In this document: one piece after another, positions 29,660-40,005 of the stretch | How the letters are laid out: every line of letters begins with the position of its first letter | Position numbering within the stretch: position 1 is the stretch's first letter | DNA from: an uncultured Candidatus Saccharibacteria bacterium | GTDB taxonomy: Bacteria; Patescibacteriota; CAZHWT01 | Assembly: GCA_964554805.1 (NCBI GenBank) | Contig: CAZKPX010000007.1 | Location: 314 to 64,313, forward strand | Length of the DNA: 64,000 nucleotides | Direction: 5' to 3' | Program-made: the position numbers and the translations under genes | Notes under the pieces: model-generated | What the model was told of the DNA's origin: nothing | Database searches by the model: none | What the model saw: only the letters and a program-made list of their open reading frames with translations

Positions 29660-30469
29660 ATGAAATACCTTTATAGCTTAGTTTTTGTGATGCTCTTGTC
29701 GGTTGGGTTCTTGCATCTCTCTAGTCAATCCGCTCAGGCTGCGGTTTACGGCACTCCCAAATCAAGTTGTGAGTACAAAAAAGGCATGCTGACTGCATAT
29801 GTTGCCAACCTAACCGGTCGGACCACTATTACCAACAAGACCACCAACTGTACTTTTGAAGTTGGCTCCGCCTCATATCGAGCCTACCTGCCGTACTCCA
29901 ACGATCCCAAAAATAAAAACTGGATATATACTCAAACGTATGTCGATCATAAGACTTACACCCTTGGGCCAGGTAAGACTGTTACCCTCCAACCCAAGGT
30001 TGATACAACCTGTGCTTGGCAAGTAGATGCCTATGTTGGTCCAGTTATTAAGAGTTTTCCTAATCATGAGCAGACATATACTGGCCAAGGCACCTACCTG
30101 TCGGGCTGGTATGAAACAACCCTGCCCATGTGCAAAAAAGCCACCCCCACCCCCACTCCTACCCCCACCCCAACTCCATCCAAAGAACCAACCACCACCC
30201 CAACCCCCACACCCAGCCCCACCGTTTCGCCCACCCCTACCCCAGTAGTGCCAAGCCTAACCCCAACTCCATCACCAACTGTCCTTGGAACGACGCCTGT
30301 GCCATTAACTGAGCTGCCATCCACAGGACCAGGCGCAGCCGTAGTTATCACCATTCTTGGCTTAGCAGGCATACTAATAGCTAAGAAACACCATCTTTTC
30401 GACAATCTCGGCAAGAAAAAGAAGACGCCCGCTGAGCCAAAGCCTGAAAAGTATAACCATCACTCTTAA
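29660..30469 (+). CDS. LPXTG-motif cell-wall-anchored surface protein (sortase substrate) with Pro/Thr-rich stalk
   Basis: Signal peptide, then a (PT)n linker PTPTPTPTPTPTPSKEPTTTPTPTPSPT..., the LPSTG motif, a hydrophobic helix and the basic tail KKHH. Confidence 0.8.
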   Translation: MKYLYSLVFVMLLSVGFLHLSSQSAQAAVYGTPKSSCEYKKGMLTAYVANLTGRTTITNKTTNCTFEVGSASYRAYLPYSNDPKNKNWIYTQTYVDHKTYTLGPGKTVTLQPKVDTTCAWQVDAYVGPVIKSFPNHEQTYTGQGTYLSGWYETTLPMCKKATPTPTPTPTPTPSKEPTTTPTPTPSPTVSPTPTPVVPSLTPTPSPTVLGTTPVPLTELPSTGPGAAVVITILGLAGILIAKKHHLFDNLGKKKKTPAEPKPEKYNHHS

Positions 30470-30617
30470 ACCTTGACTGCATAGCTGCTCTTACAGCCTC
30501 AGTCCGACAGCACAAAAACTGGCTCTCATCGTGAGCCAGTTTTTGTGTATAATGAGTCAGCGCTAGCCACTAAGCGGATCAGTGCGCATTTTATTGTCCA
30601 GATGAGTGTATATATCC

Positions 30618-31874
30618 ATGACCCAAGCAGAAGCCCTGACAATGTTAAAAAACGGCCACAATGTTTTCCTGACCGGCCCTGCTGGAAGCGGTAAAACCTA
30701 TGTCCTAAATCAGTTTATTGACCACCTCAAGCAAAACAAACAAGAAGTAGCGGTCACTGCTTCGACCGGTATCGCCTCTACTCATATCGGCGGCGTCACG
30801 ATTCACTCTTGGTCCGGATTGGGCATCAAGGATCAATTGACTGACGATGACATGATAACCTTGTTGGTTCGGTCTTATCTGCGCCAAAGATACATAAAAA
30901 CCAAAGTATTAATAATAGATGAAGTATCGATGCTCCATGCTCATCAGCTCGACTTAATTAACAAATTATGCCAAGCCTTCAGAGACAATACGCAACCCTT
31001 CGGTGGCATTCAAGTTGTATTGTGCGGTGATCTGTTTCAGCTCCCTCCCGTTTCCAAAGGTCGCCAAGAAACCTTTTTTGTTACTGCTTCACAGTCATGG
31101 CAACAGGCTGATTTTAAGGTCTGCTATCTAGAAGAGCAATTCCGTCAAACAGACAGTCAACTTGAATCAGTGCTCAATTCGATTCGCTATGGCGAAGTCG
31201 ATGAAGACGTCTATCTAACCCTCCAACAGCGTTTCGATGCGGCCATCGACGGCTTAGTCGCACCCACCAAACTTTATTCTCACAATATCGACGTCGATGC
31301 TATAAACAATCAACAACTAGAAAAAATTGAAGGGACTGCTCGCAGCTTTGATATGCGCTTATTGGGCCAACCGCAACTCATTCAGTCCTTGGTCAACAGC
31401 TGTTTGGCCCCTCAGAGGTTAAACTTAAAAATCGGCGCCCAAGTTATGTTTGTAAAAAACAACTTTGATAAAGGCTACGTTAACGGCACTATTGGCGAGG
31501 TGGAAGGCTGGGATAGTGAAGGTTTGCCAATCATCAAGACTCTCGATGGCCGATCAATTTATCTGGAAACTGCCTCCTGGAAGGTCGAAGAGGAGGGGAG
31601 AGTCAGAGCCGAGATTATTCAAGTGCCACTCCGACTAGCTTGGGCAATTACCATCCACAAAAGTCAGGGCATGAGCTTGGATGCAGCCGAAATTGATTTG
31701 TCTAAGAGCTTTGTTCCGGGCATGGGTTATGTGGCATTATCTCGAGTTAGAACGCTCGATGGTTTGACCATAAAAGGTATGAACAATACTGCGCTTCGGA
31801 TTAATGAGCAAGTACTCGAACTCGATAACCAACTTCGTCGTCAGTCCCGCCATGATTCTGATCTAGCCATCTAA
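30618..31874 (+). CDS. Pif1/RecD-like superfamily-1 DNA helicase
   Basis: Walker A LTGPAGSGKTY, Walker B LIIDEVSM, and the C-terminal motifs ITIHKSQGMS / ALSRVRTLDGL of the Pif1/RecD family. Confidence 0.8.
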   Translation: MTQAEALTMLKNGHNVFLTGPAGSGKTYVLNQFIDHLKQNKQEVAVTASTGIASTHIGGVTIHSWSGLGIKDQLTDDDMITLLVRSYLRQRYIKTKVLIIDEVSMLHAHQLDLINKLCQAFRDNTQPFGGIQVVLCGDLFQLPPVSKGRQETFFVTASQSWQQADFKVCYLEEQFRQTDSQLESVLNSIRYGEVDEDVYLTLQQRFDAAIDGLVAPTKLYSHNIDVDAINNQQLEKIEGTARSFDMRLLGQPQLIQSLVNSCLAPQRLNLKIGAQVMFVKNNFDKGYVNGTIGEVEGWDSEGLPIIKTLDGRSIYLETASWKVEEEGRVRAEIIQVPLRLAWAITIHKSQGMSLDAAEIDLSKSFVPGMGYVALSRVRTLDGLTIKGMNNTALRINEQVLELDNQLRRQSRHDSDLAI

Positions 31875-31961
31875 CTCAAAAGTATGTAGGGGCAGCAAAA
31901 TAGACACGCCGATGCTAAGCACCATAGTGTCTATTTTGAATCGAGTCAAGGCCAGTAGATG

Positions 31962-32207
31962 TTACTCAGCTTTTTTACGAGGCTGATTGCGCTGCTCTTT
32001 AGCCAGCAGGAGGGCTGCGCGCTTTGCATCGCGGATGATCAAATCTTTGTTCTGCTTATCTTGGCAATCTTGGTCTGGACAAACCATTAAGGTGTGGCGG
32101 GTTGGTTGTCCGACAGTGGCTGATTCAGAAGCTTCTTGCCATTGCTTAAGAATAATTCGTTCTTTTCCACAACGTGGACAAGGGAATGAGTTACTAGTTA
32201 TTGGCAT
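31962..32207 (-). CDS. Small zinc-ribbon protein (hypothetical)
   Basis: CPRCG ... CPDQDC two-pair Cys motif. Downstream (minus-strand sense) of the DEAD-box helicase gene. Confidence 0.3.
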   Translation of the reverse strand: MPITSNSFPCPRCGKERIILKQWQEASESATVGQPTRHTLMVCPDQDCQDKQNKDLIIRDAKRAALLLAKEQRNQPRKKAE

Positions 32208-32310
32208 AAGACACATCACTTTCTAAACTACTTATATGGGTTTGAATGCGTTGGCGTTACCTAACCTGCTGCTTCAACGTCTAGTTGAAACTGGTATTCT
32301 TCGGCAATAC

Positions 32311-33699
32311 TTACCGGCTGCGGCTAAACTGACCGTCAGTCGACAGTGATTTTGGAGATGATTTGCGATCATTCCGTCCACCAAACTGACTGCGCTGTCC
32401 GCCACCAGCAAAAGCCTTAGCAAAAGGTTTGTGGGTTGGGCCAGTATGGCTGCGAGGTTGGGTCTGCATTCGAGGGTTGGGGTATTCATCGCTTGGTGCT
32501 CGACCGACCACAAAGGTCAATGCGTTGCCTGAATTACCTGCTCGACCAGTTCGGCCAATACGATGGGTATAATCGTCATAAGACTGAGGAATGTCATAAT
32601 TAATAACGTGAGTTACGAGTGGAATATCAAGTCCACGAGCAGCCACGTCAGTAGCGATCAAGGCACGAGCCTTTTCTGCCTTAAAGTCATTCAGGGCCCG
32701 CATGCGCTGACCTTGCGTCTTGTCGCCATGAATAGCAGCGGCGCTAACACCGGCCTGCTCTAGCTTGTGAGCAAGTTTCTGAACGCCCCACTTAGTCGCA
32801 CCAAAGACAATCACCTTTGAGAATTCAGGCTTTTCTAGTAGTTCTATCAACATTTCTGCTTTGGCATCTTGAGATGCAACATATATGACGTTTTGCTCAA
32901 CATGATTGCTGGTTTCAGAAACTACCACTGAGATGGTGACAGGATTCTTTTGGAAGGTATGCGCCATGCTTTCAATTTCTCGAGTCATGGTAGCTGAGAA
33001 AAATAACGATTGACGATCATTCGGTGTCATCCCGACAATAGCTCGCATATCATGGATAAATCCCATATCAAGCATACGGTCTACTTCGTCCAATACCAAA
33101 ACCGACACATCATCCAGGCGCAGCTTATTCTGGTTATGTAAATCTTTCAGTCGACCAGGCGTACCAATAATGATTTGCGGGTTACGCTTAAGCTGAGAGA
33201 TTTGGCCGTAAATATTCTGACCGCCTACACATACAGCCGAGCGAATAGCAGTACCCTTAGTAAAGGCAATACATTCATCTTTAATTTGAACAGCTAGCTC
33301 GCGGGTTGGGACCATAATCAGGGCCGGTCCAAGGCGACTATTCTCAAGGTGAGAGTTAATGATCGGTAGCAAGAAGGCAGCGGTTTTACCGGTACCGGTG
33401 TTGGCTAGTCCAATGACGTCCTTGCCTTCCATAACCACTGGGATAGCTTGATCCTGAATAGCAGAAGGCTGCTTGTAGCCTTTGTCTGCTAGGTTAGTGG
33501 CAATCTTAGCCTCAAAACCAAAGTCAGCAAAGGTGTGTTTAGAAACATATGGGGTTTGCTCAGATAGAGCCTGAGCCTTGTTGATAAATCGGTTAATATC
33601 TAGCTGGCTAGATTTCTTAGACGATTTTGGTCCGAGAGCGCGGACTCCGCGAGAGTTACCACCACGATTATGTGGCTTGTTTGAGAAGCTATACTTCAT
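32311..33699 (-). CDS. DEAD-box ATP-dependent RNA helicase
   Basis: Q-motif, motif I GTGKTAAF, PTRELA, DEAD-variant LDEVDRM, SAT, HRIGRTGRAG, and an RG-rich C-terminal tail. Confidence 0.92.
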   Translation of the reverse strand: MKYSFSNKPHNRGGNSRGVRALGPKSSKKSSQLDINRFINKAQALSEQTPYVSKHTFADFGFEAKIATNLADKGYKQPSAIQDQAIPVVMEGKDVIGLANTGTGKTAAFLLPIINSHLENSRLGPALIMVPTRELAVQIKDECIAFTKGTAIRSAVCVGGQNIYGQISQLKRNPQIIIGTPGRLKDLHNQNKLRLDDVSVLVLDEVDRMLDMGFIHDMRAIVGMTPNDRQSLFFSATMTREIESMAHTFQKNPVTISVVVSETSNHVEQNVIYVASQDAKAEMLIELLEKPEFSKVIVFGATKWGVQKLAHKLEQAGVSAAAIHGDKTQGQRMRALNDFKAEKARALIATDVAARGLDIPLVTHVINYDIPQSYDDYTHRIGRTGRAGNSGNALTFVVGRAPSDEYPNPRMQTQPRSHTGPTHKPFAKAFAGGGQRSQFGGRNDRKSSPKSLSTDGQFSRSR

Positions 33700-33909
33700 A
33701 AGATATGGTTTTCTTTCTGCTGACTGTCATAAAGTATGAACAGATGAGCATCAAGGCACCCCATTCACAACATGTGCGTTCAGCACGCACCAGACAAAGC
33801 GGTTATATGTCTTTTATTGTAACATAAACCAAATCATAAGTCAAATGCTATAGGACAAAACACCTAAGATTGACCGTAAAATGAGTTCGTCCAGCAAGTC
33901 ATAGCGACC

Positions 33910-33944
33910 TAATTTCTAATCCGCCAACTGGCGGACTAAATCCT
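33910..33944. repeat. TAAATCC-hairpin repeat (family 2) overlapping the 3' end and stop codon of the Dus gene
   Basis: TAATTTCTAATCCGCCAACTGGCGGACTAAATCCT; the stop (cta on +) and the last codons of the minus-strand gene lie within it. Confidence 0.5.
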
Positions 33945-34926
33945 TTCCCTCCTGCCTCAGCCCGGCCACTATGTCATACACCGCCTTAGCATCAGCTGCC
34001 TCCATTAGCCGGCTCCGTAGTTCTGTTGCCTTTGGTAAGCCATGAACATAGATCTTAAAAAACTTCTTCAGCAAATTAAAGTTCTTGGTGGTTCCCCAAG
34101 TTTGGTCAAACAACTCAACATGATAGTGAAGCAAATCCATCCTTTGATCAAATGTGGCCTGTTCTAGGCTCATGGCCGGATTAAAAATCCACGGATTAGC
34201 AAAAATACCACGTCCAATCATTACCCCATCGACTTTATAGCCAGCTATTTTGCTCAAGCCATCCTGGTAGCTGCTCACATCACCATTACCGATAATCTTT
34301 GTCTGTAATTGTTTAGCATCACGCATGGCCACCGCTTTGGCAATCTCATCCCATCGAGCCGGGAAATGAGACATCTCCTTGGCGATTCTGCCATGGACTG
34401 TTAAGGCAACTATGTTTTGATTAAGGATATGGTCAAGCCATTCCTCGGTTTTCCAGCTTGAAGCGCCACACCGTGTTTTGACACTGACAGGTAGGTTTCC
34501 AGCACCTTCTTTAGTCGCTGCAATAACTTCGGCAGCCTCAGTTGGATGGTTAATAAAACCCGCGCAGCAACCTCGCTTGACAATGCCACGCTCCGGACAG
34601 CCCATATTTATATCGATCCCAGCAAAACCCATTTGGCGCAACTCGCCTGCTGTATGATAGTAATTATCTGGATCTTTGCCCCAGATTTGAGCAATCAATG
34701 GTTGCTCAGCGCTCGTAAATTGCAAGCGATGAATAATCTTGTCGCGCCCAATTGAGCGTAGTCCTTCCACATTAGTAAACTCAGTAAAAAAGATGTCCGG
34801 AGCACCGCACTTCAATAAGACTCGGCGGAACACCGAATCTGTAACGTCTTCCATGGGAGCCTGGATAAAGAGTGGTTTATCAGTCACCCAGGGATTATTG
34901 GGTTGTGGGTTCAATGTATCGCTCAT
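33916..34926 (-). CDS. tRNA-dihydrouridine synthase (Dus family)
   Basis: TIM-barrel Dus motifs LAPMEDVTD-like (QAPMEDVTDSVFR), DINMGCP and VSVKTRCG. Confidence 0.9.
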   Translation of the reverse strand: MSDTLNPQPNNPWVTDKPLFIQAPMEDVTDSVFRRVLLKCGAPDIFFTEFTNVEGLRSIGRDKIIHRLQFTSAEQPLIAQIWGKDPDNYYHTAGELRQMGFAGIDINMGCPERGIVKRGCCAGFINHPTEAAEVIAATKEGAGNLPVSVKTRCGASSWKTEEWLDHILNQNIVALTVHGRIAKEMSHFPARWDEIAKAVAMRDAKQLQTKIIGNGDVSSYQDGLSKIAGYKVDGVMIGRGIFANPWIFNPAMSLEQATFDQRMDLLHYHVELFDQTWGTTKNFNLLKKFFKIYVHGLPKATELRSRLMEAADAKAVYDIVAGLRQEGKDLVRQLAD

Positions 34927-34994
34927 GAAGTTTAAAGTTGTGTAAATTCGCCAGGCAGCTTCTCACAAGTCACTTTTGTCTATATACTTAATCT

Positions 34995-35468
34995 ATGCAA
35001 TTATCTATCGGCCAAATGGCTCCAGAATTCAACCTGCTCGACCAACAGGGTGTTCAACATCGCCTATCAGATTATCTTGGCAGGTGGGTTATAGTATTCT
35101 TTTACCCCAAAGATGACACGCCTGGCTGTACAGTAGAGGCCTGTGGCATGAGAGACACTTTACCACATTTTGACAATAGCCAGGCAGTGGTTCTGGGTAT
35201 TAGCACGGATTCAGTGTCTAGCCATGCCAAATTTGCTCAAAAGCACCAGCTCAATTTTACATTGCTGGCCGATCCCGACACGCTTGCCAGCCAACAGTAT
35301 GGTGTGTGGACTCAAAAGTCTATGTTTGGCAAGAAATATATGGGGATTAATCGCCAAACCTTTATTATTAACCCCCTAGGTGAAATTAGCCACATCTACA
35401 ACAAGGTGAACCCAGCCAAGCATGCTGCAGAGGTCGCCAAAGATTTAGAGCAGCTACAGTCAGTCTGA
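34995..35468 (+). CDS. bcp: Peroxiredoxin Bcp (thiol peroxidase, AhpC/TSA family)
   Basis: VIVFFYPKDDTPGCTVEAC active-site motif; 157 aa. Confidence 0.9.
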   Translation: MQLSIGQMAPEFNLLDQQGVQHRLSDYLGRWVIVFFYPKDDTPGCTVEACGMRDTLPHFDNSQAVVLGISTDSVSSHAKFAQKHQLNFTLLADPDTLASQQYGVWTQKSMFGKKYMGINRQTFIINPLGEISHIYNKVNPAKHAAEVAKDLEQLQSV

Positions 35469-35475
35469 TTCCATT

Positions 35476-35907
35476 ATGTATTACCAATCTGAGCAAAACT
35501 TCCTTCATATTCTTCGGCTTAACAGAGGCGAGCAGGTAGTGGTATCATTAAAAAAGTTCTGTCAACATCAAATGATCGGCGGCGGCTTTTTTTATGGTTT
35601 AGGTGCTGTCGATCAAGCAGAGCTAGCGCTCTATAATGTCGACACCAAGCAATACAGTAAACAACAATTCTCAGAACCGCTTGAAGTAGCCAATATTACC
35701 GGCAGCATTGCCCTTGATCAAGATCAAACTCTCATCCATGCTCACACTACCTTGGGTCGTGCCGATATGTCCGCTCTGGCTGGCCATCTGGTTGAAATGC
35801 GCGTTTCTGGCACTCTTGAACTGATAATTCACGCCACCCAGCCATTGATCAAAGAGGAGGATTCCCAAACCGGCCTCAAAGTCTTCCAACTCCAGGAGTC
35901 CCTCTAA
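35476..35907 (+). CDS. PPC/DUF296 domain protein
   Basis: Motifs GSIALDQDQTLIHAHTTLG and ELIIHAT match the DUF296 (PCC) beta-rich fold. Weak, motif only. Confidence 0.5.
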   Translation: MYYQSEQNFLHILRLNRGEQVVVSLKKFCQHQMIGGGFFYGLGAVDQAELALYNVDTKQYSKQQFSEPLEVANITGSIALDQDQTLIHAHTTLGRADMSALAGHLVEMRVSGTLELIIHATQPLIKEEDSQTGLKVFQLQESL

Positions 35908-37700
35908 TGCTCCGTCGCCTGGTTGCTTTTTGCATAACCTTCTCACTCCTCACCTCTTTCTTCTCGCTTTGGGTCACGCCAGTGGCCAAAGCCGATAACT
36001 CATGGCTGATTGACAGGTTTCATTCCAACATTGTCATTCAGGATGATGGCCTCGTAGCCATAACCGAGACGATACGAGTCGATTTCAAAGCCAATAAACA
36101 TGGCATCGTTCGGCATCTGCCATATCGTTATCAGGCAGCAGAAGGCGATGATATCTACACAGATATTGAGCTAGTTTCGGTGCAAAAAGATAATATTAAT
36201 GAACCCTACACCATTGAAGAAGATCAATATAATTTGCGCCTCAAAATAGGAGATGAGCGAGTTGGCGACCTTAAGGGGGTCTTTACGTATAAGATTAATT
36301 ACATTGTCGAAGGTATTTTGAGAGGCCATACTGGGTTTGATGAGCTGTACTGGAATGTCACAGGCGATGAGTGGGGAGTAGGGATTAATCAGGCGACTGC
36401 CAGTGTCAAATTGCCTCAAGCCGGCGTGGTTCAGCAATCATGCTATCAGGGTGTGTCAGATTCAACCGAAGTCTGTTCCGCGACTGTATTGGCGAATCAA
36501 GAAGTCAGGTTTGCGGCAAGTCGCGCCTTGGGAATGGAACAAGGCTTAACAATTGCCGTTGGATATGACAAAGACATGGTGTCGCTTTTAACTGTTGCAC
36601 CGCCAACGGTTAAAGATAGTCTGATTAAGTATTGGGAGGTGCTGGCAAGTGGGATTGCTGCGGCCCTGATTGGACTAATAGCCATAGTGACGTTATGGTA
36701 CAAGCGTGGACGAGATTGGTGGTGGCAAACGCCTGGCAGTCTGCAAAATAATCCCGAACAGGCCATCCTTAAGCCTATCGGTGCTGGACATCCTGCGGTT
36801 GTAGAATTCACACCGCCTGAAAGCTTAACTCCAGCCTTAATCGGGCTCATCAAAGATCAAAAAGCAGATACTCTCGACATCACTGCCACCATCATAGATT
36901 TGGCCAGTCGCGGCTATCTCACCATAACCGAATTAGATAAAACATGGGCATTCGGTAGCAAAGATTATCGACTCGATCGATCGACTAAGACCGCTACAGA
37001 TCTCTACCAGTACGAACAGTTGCTGCTTAACAGTCTATTTGGTAAAAAGCTGCAGATAAAGTTGTCTTCACTCAAAAATACCTTCTATCAGGATCTGGAT
37101 AAAATCAAAACACAACTATACGAGGAGGGGCAGCGACAACAATTCTTCGTCCAATCCCCGCCGCAGATTACAGCTCTATATATCGGCTTGGCTTTTGCTC
37201 TCATTATCGGCGGATCATTCGCAGCCTGGTTTGTTAATACAGTTCTCCATAACGGTATTCTATTAGGATTGAGCCTCGGTCTTATTTTGCCTGGTGCTGT
37301 GTTGCTGATCGTAGCCAATTTTATGCCACAGCGGACCGCCCATGGTCGAGAGTTATGGCGAAGAATTCAAGGCTATAAACTATTTATTAGCACTGCCGAG
37401 CAACACCGCCAACAATTCTTCGAACAGCAGAATCTATTCAATCAAGTCCTGCCTTATGCCATCATCTTCGGTTTAACTAAAAAATTTGCCAATGCTATGG
37501 ACCAGATAGGCTACCAACCCGCAGATCCAAGCTGGTATTCCGGCACCTCAGCCTTTAATGCAGTTCTATTTGCCAATAATATGGGAAATCTTTCTCAAGC
37601 TATGTCAACCACTATTGCCTCAGCCCCCAGCAGCAGCGGCTCAAGCGGTGGCGGCTCAAGCGGCGGCGGCTTCGGCGGTGGTGGAGGAGGAAGCTGGTAA
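35907..37700 (+). CDS. DUF2207-like membrane protein with Gly-rich C-terminus
   Basis: Signal/TM, extracellular domain, three TM helices and a terminal SSGSSGGGSSGGGFGGGGGGSW tail, a typical DUF2207 architecture. Confidence 0.6.
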   Translation: MLRRLVAFCITFSLLTSFFSLWVTPVAKADNSWLIDRFHSNIVIQDDGLVAITETIRVDFKANKHGIVRHLPYRYQAAEGDDIYTDIELVSVQKDNINEPYTIEEDQYNLRLKIGDERVGDLKGVFTYKINYIVEGILRGHTGFDELYWNVTGDEWGVGINQATASVKLPQAGVVQQSCYQGVSDSTEVCSATVLANQEVRFAASRALGMEQGLTIAVGYDKDMVSLLTVAPPTVKDSLIKYWEVLASGIAAALIGLIAIVTLWYKRGRDWWWQTPGSLQNNPEQAILKPIGAGHPAVVEFTPPESLTPALIGLIKDQKADTLDITATIIDLASRGYLTITELDKTWAFGSKDYRLDRSTKTATDLYQYEQLLLNSLFGKKLQIKLSSLKNTFYQDLDKIKTQLYEEGQRQQFFVQSPPQITALYIGLAFALIIGGSFAAWFVNTVLHNGILLGLSLGLILPGAVLLIVANFMPQRTAHGRELWRRIQGYKLFISTAEQHRQQFFEQQNLFNQVLPYAIIFGLTKKFANAMDQIGYQPADPSWYSGTSAFNAVLFANNMGNLSQAMSTTIASAPSSSGSSGGGSSGGGFGGGGGGSW

Positions 37701-37796
37701 GCCCTAAGCGTAACTGTATAGTCAGTCTCAATAAATGACAAATTCCCTGGCCATGGCCGGGGAATAACTGTCTCGCTACGCTTTCTATGGCTGTGT

Positions 37797-38297
37797 CTAG
37801 GCAGAAAGTGCCGCGCTAAAAGCCTCTGCTTCGCCTACTTGGCTGCCGCTTCGCCACCCATCGCTTCGGTAATCGAAGTGGCCAGCCACTAGACAGGCCC
37901 TATCAAATTGCTGCTGATGGTGACTTAGTTCCTGAAGCATCCAGTGAAGAAACCTGCGATCGCAGAATTTGGCCCCTTGTTTGGCCTCCTCTACTTGACG
38001 CCACAGCTCAGACAAGCATAAGTTTATCTGGTGCTGTAGGTCCGGGTCGCCGATCTGTGTTGGGTACTGACCAAAGAATCTCTTAAAGTCACTCTGTTTC
38101 TGTTTTTCGTTCCCCAGATAAAAGCCCCGGATAGCCGCTGCCAGGCCAAGCGGTATCAGCATGCCGCTAGCCCCCAATGAGTAGGCTGGTGCATGTGATG
38201 ATACAGGGCCAATGGTCAACAGCCATACGACTGCCCAAAAGTAGCAGGACTTTTCTTCGCCTTCACCGATCATTATTCGCTGCTTGCGAGGGTCCAC
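37797..38297 (-). CDS. Hypothetical membrane protein
   Basis: ORF with two to three hydrophobic helices and no motif. Confidence 0.3.
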   Translation of the reverse strand: MDPRKQRIMIGEGEEKSCYFWAVVWLLTIGPVSSHAPAYSLGASGMLIPLGLAAAIRGFYLGNEKQKQSDFKRFFGQYPTQIGDPDLQHQINLCLSELWRQVEEAKQGAKFCDRRFLHWMLQELSHHQQQFDRACLVAGHFDYRSDGWRSGSQVGEAEAFSAALSA

Positions 38298-38419
38298 CGT
38301 CGTCTCCTTTATCCATCTGCAATGATCGAGTAATGACAGTATTATATCACATAAGACCTATAGTCAAGTTATAATAGCATCGGGTATGGTACTATTGATG
38401 GAAGGATAAGGAGTATTTT

Positions 38420-39520
38420 ATGGCCATCAAGATTAGCCAGGACCAAGCCCCCGCAGAATTAGACGAAGTTCAACCAGTTCAAACCATCTCTGAAGATAAA
38501 GCTGATCAAATGGCGGCTCAATCACAGCAAGACCAGGATTGGCCAAACAAAGTGTTTTGGGCAGCTTTATGTATCGGCGGCGGTCTATTGTTGGTAGCTA
38601 TCAATCTTGGATACTTGCCATGGCCTGACTGGATGTATCTGTGGCGACTTTGGCCAATTCTGCTAATTTTTGTGGGAATTAATATATTCCTCGACAAAAA
38701 ACAGATTGGCAAATGGACGATGACCGTCCTAAGTCTAGTGCTGATCTTCGGCGCCTTGTTGTATGGCATGCTCATGACCGATGCTCAACTATATCGAAGT
38801 GCTCGGCAATACGTCCCTTGGTTGCCTGCGGCAGGACAGGATGCTGATCAAAATACTGATCGTCAGTCACTCAAGAGCCAGCAAGTCATCGATCATAAGT
38901 CGGAGTTCGACCAAGCAGCTTCTAGAACCATAAATGTTGACATGGGTCTCGGCTCTATCGATGTCCAGCCAGCTGACATTGATAGTCAAATTGAACTGTA
39001 TAGTCAGGGCAATGCCGACAACACTCAAACCTCATCGCGAGTCAATGTAGATAACAACAAAGTCGTCGTTGATGTTGAGATAAACAACCAGGGATTTGGT
39101 TTTCTGCATATGGGTCGGGATACCAAGTATATTCTCGATATTGGACAGGTCCAACAGCTGACTGAACTGAATGTTGATTTAGGAGCAGGCAATGCCACTC
39201 TCGATCTACAAAAAGATTTCAAATTAAGCGGCGGTAAGTGGGAAGTCGGTGCTGGCAATATGATTGCCAAGCTAGGCCAGTCATCGCTCCCAACCAGCAC
39301 TCTAAAGTTGGATGTAGGTGTTGGGAAAATGACCATCTATGTCCCAGCCAATATTGGCCTACAGATAAAGCACAATGTTGGTGTTGGTAGCTTGGAAGTA
39401 TTTGGGAGTAAGTTAGAAAAAGAGGCAACCTATACTTCGACAAATTACGATCGATCCGCGCAAAAAGTAACCCTCGAGGCAGAAGTGGGAGTTGGCAATT
39501 TAATTATTACCCAGTTGTAA
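38420..39520 (+). CDS. Membrane protein with C-terminal DUF4097/LiaF-like putative adhesin repeat domain
   Basis: Two TM helices, then a beta-rich region with repeated GxG motifs (DVGVGKMTIYV, NVGVGSLEVFG, EVGVGNLIITQL) like LiaF/DUF4097 toast-rack domains. Confidence 0.45.
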   Translation: MAIKISQDQAPAELDEVQPVQTISEDKADQMAAQSQQDQDWPNKVFWAALCIGGGLLLVAINLGYLPWPDWMYLWRLWPILLIFVGINIFLDKKQIGKWTMTVLSLVLIFGALLYGMLMTDAQLYRSARQYVPWLPAAGQDADQNTDRQSLKSQQVIDHKSEFDQAASRTINVDMGLGSIDVQPADIDSQIELYSQGNADNTQTSSRVNVDNNKVVVDVEINNQGFGFLHMGRDTKYILDIGQVQQLTELNVDLGAGNATLDLQKDFKLSGGKWEVGAGNMIAKLGQSSLPTSTLKLDVGVGKMTIYVPANIGLQIKHNVGVGSLEVFGSKLEKEATYTSTNYDRSAQKVTLEAEVGVGNLIITQL

Positions 39521-39762
39521 ACCGCTCAGCTTTGATGAAGTCAGCGATATTTTCGCATAAAAAGGAACTGCGAAAATTAACTGTGCACTAAAATTTAAAA
39601 TCAAAACAGGTTTCCCCGCTGTCAAAGCCTTAGCTAAGACAGCGGGGGTGATGAATTGCCACCAAATGACTCATCCGATGAAGATCTTGCCCCCCTTGAA
39701 AGTGATAGGAGGTGCCGATGTACCGTCGGCCATGGCTACCTTTTTGATCAAGATGACCTTTT

Positions 39763-40005
39763 TCATTGCACAGCCCCTTTCAGGACGTTATCCACACGAA
39801 ACATCAGGACGCGACGACATCGTGACGCGTTTTTCGGCACGAAGAATTGCTTGCACTCAGTCAACTTCATGTGCGGGTTGTTGTTCAGGTAGAGCTGAAT
39901 TCGAGCAACACGCACTTCTTGCTCGTCAGGGCGCACTTCAACTACAGGCATCTCGCGCCTACCTCGAATCCGATTCCACAGGTTAGGCTTAACGGACTTC
40001 TTCAT
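39763..40005 (-). CDS. Small basic hypothetical protein (80 aa)
   Basis: ORF followed on the minus strand by the hairpin CCCGCTGTC-N14-GACAGCGGG (39613-39645). It lies in a GC-rich, otherwise apparently non-coding region. Low confidence. Confidence 0.25.
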   Translation of the reverse strand: MKKSVKPNLWNRIRGRREMPVVEVRPDEQEVRVARIQLYLNNNPHMKLTECKQFFVPKNASRCRRVLMFRVDNVLKGAVQ

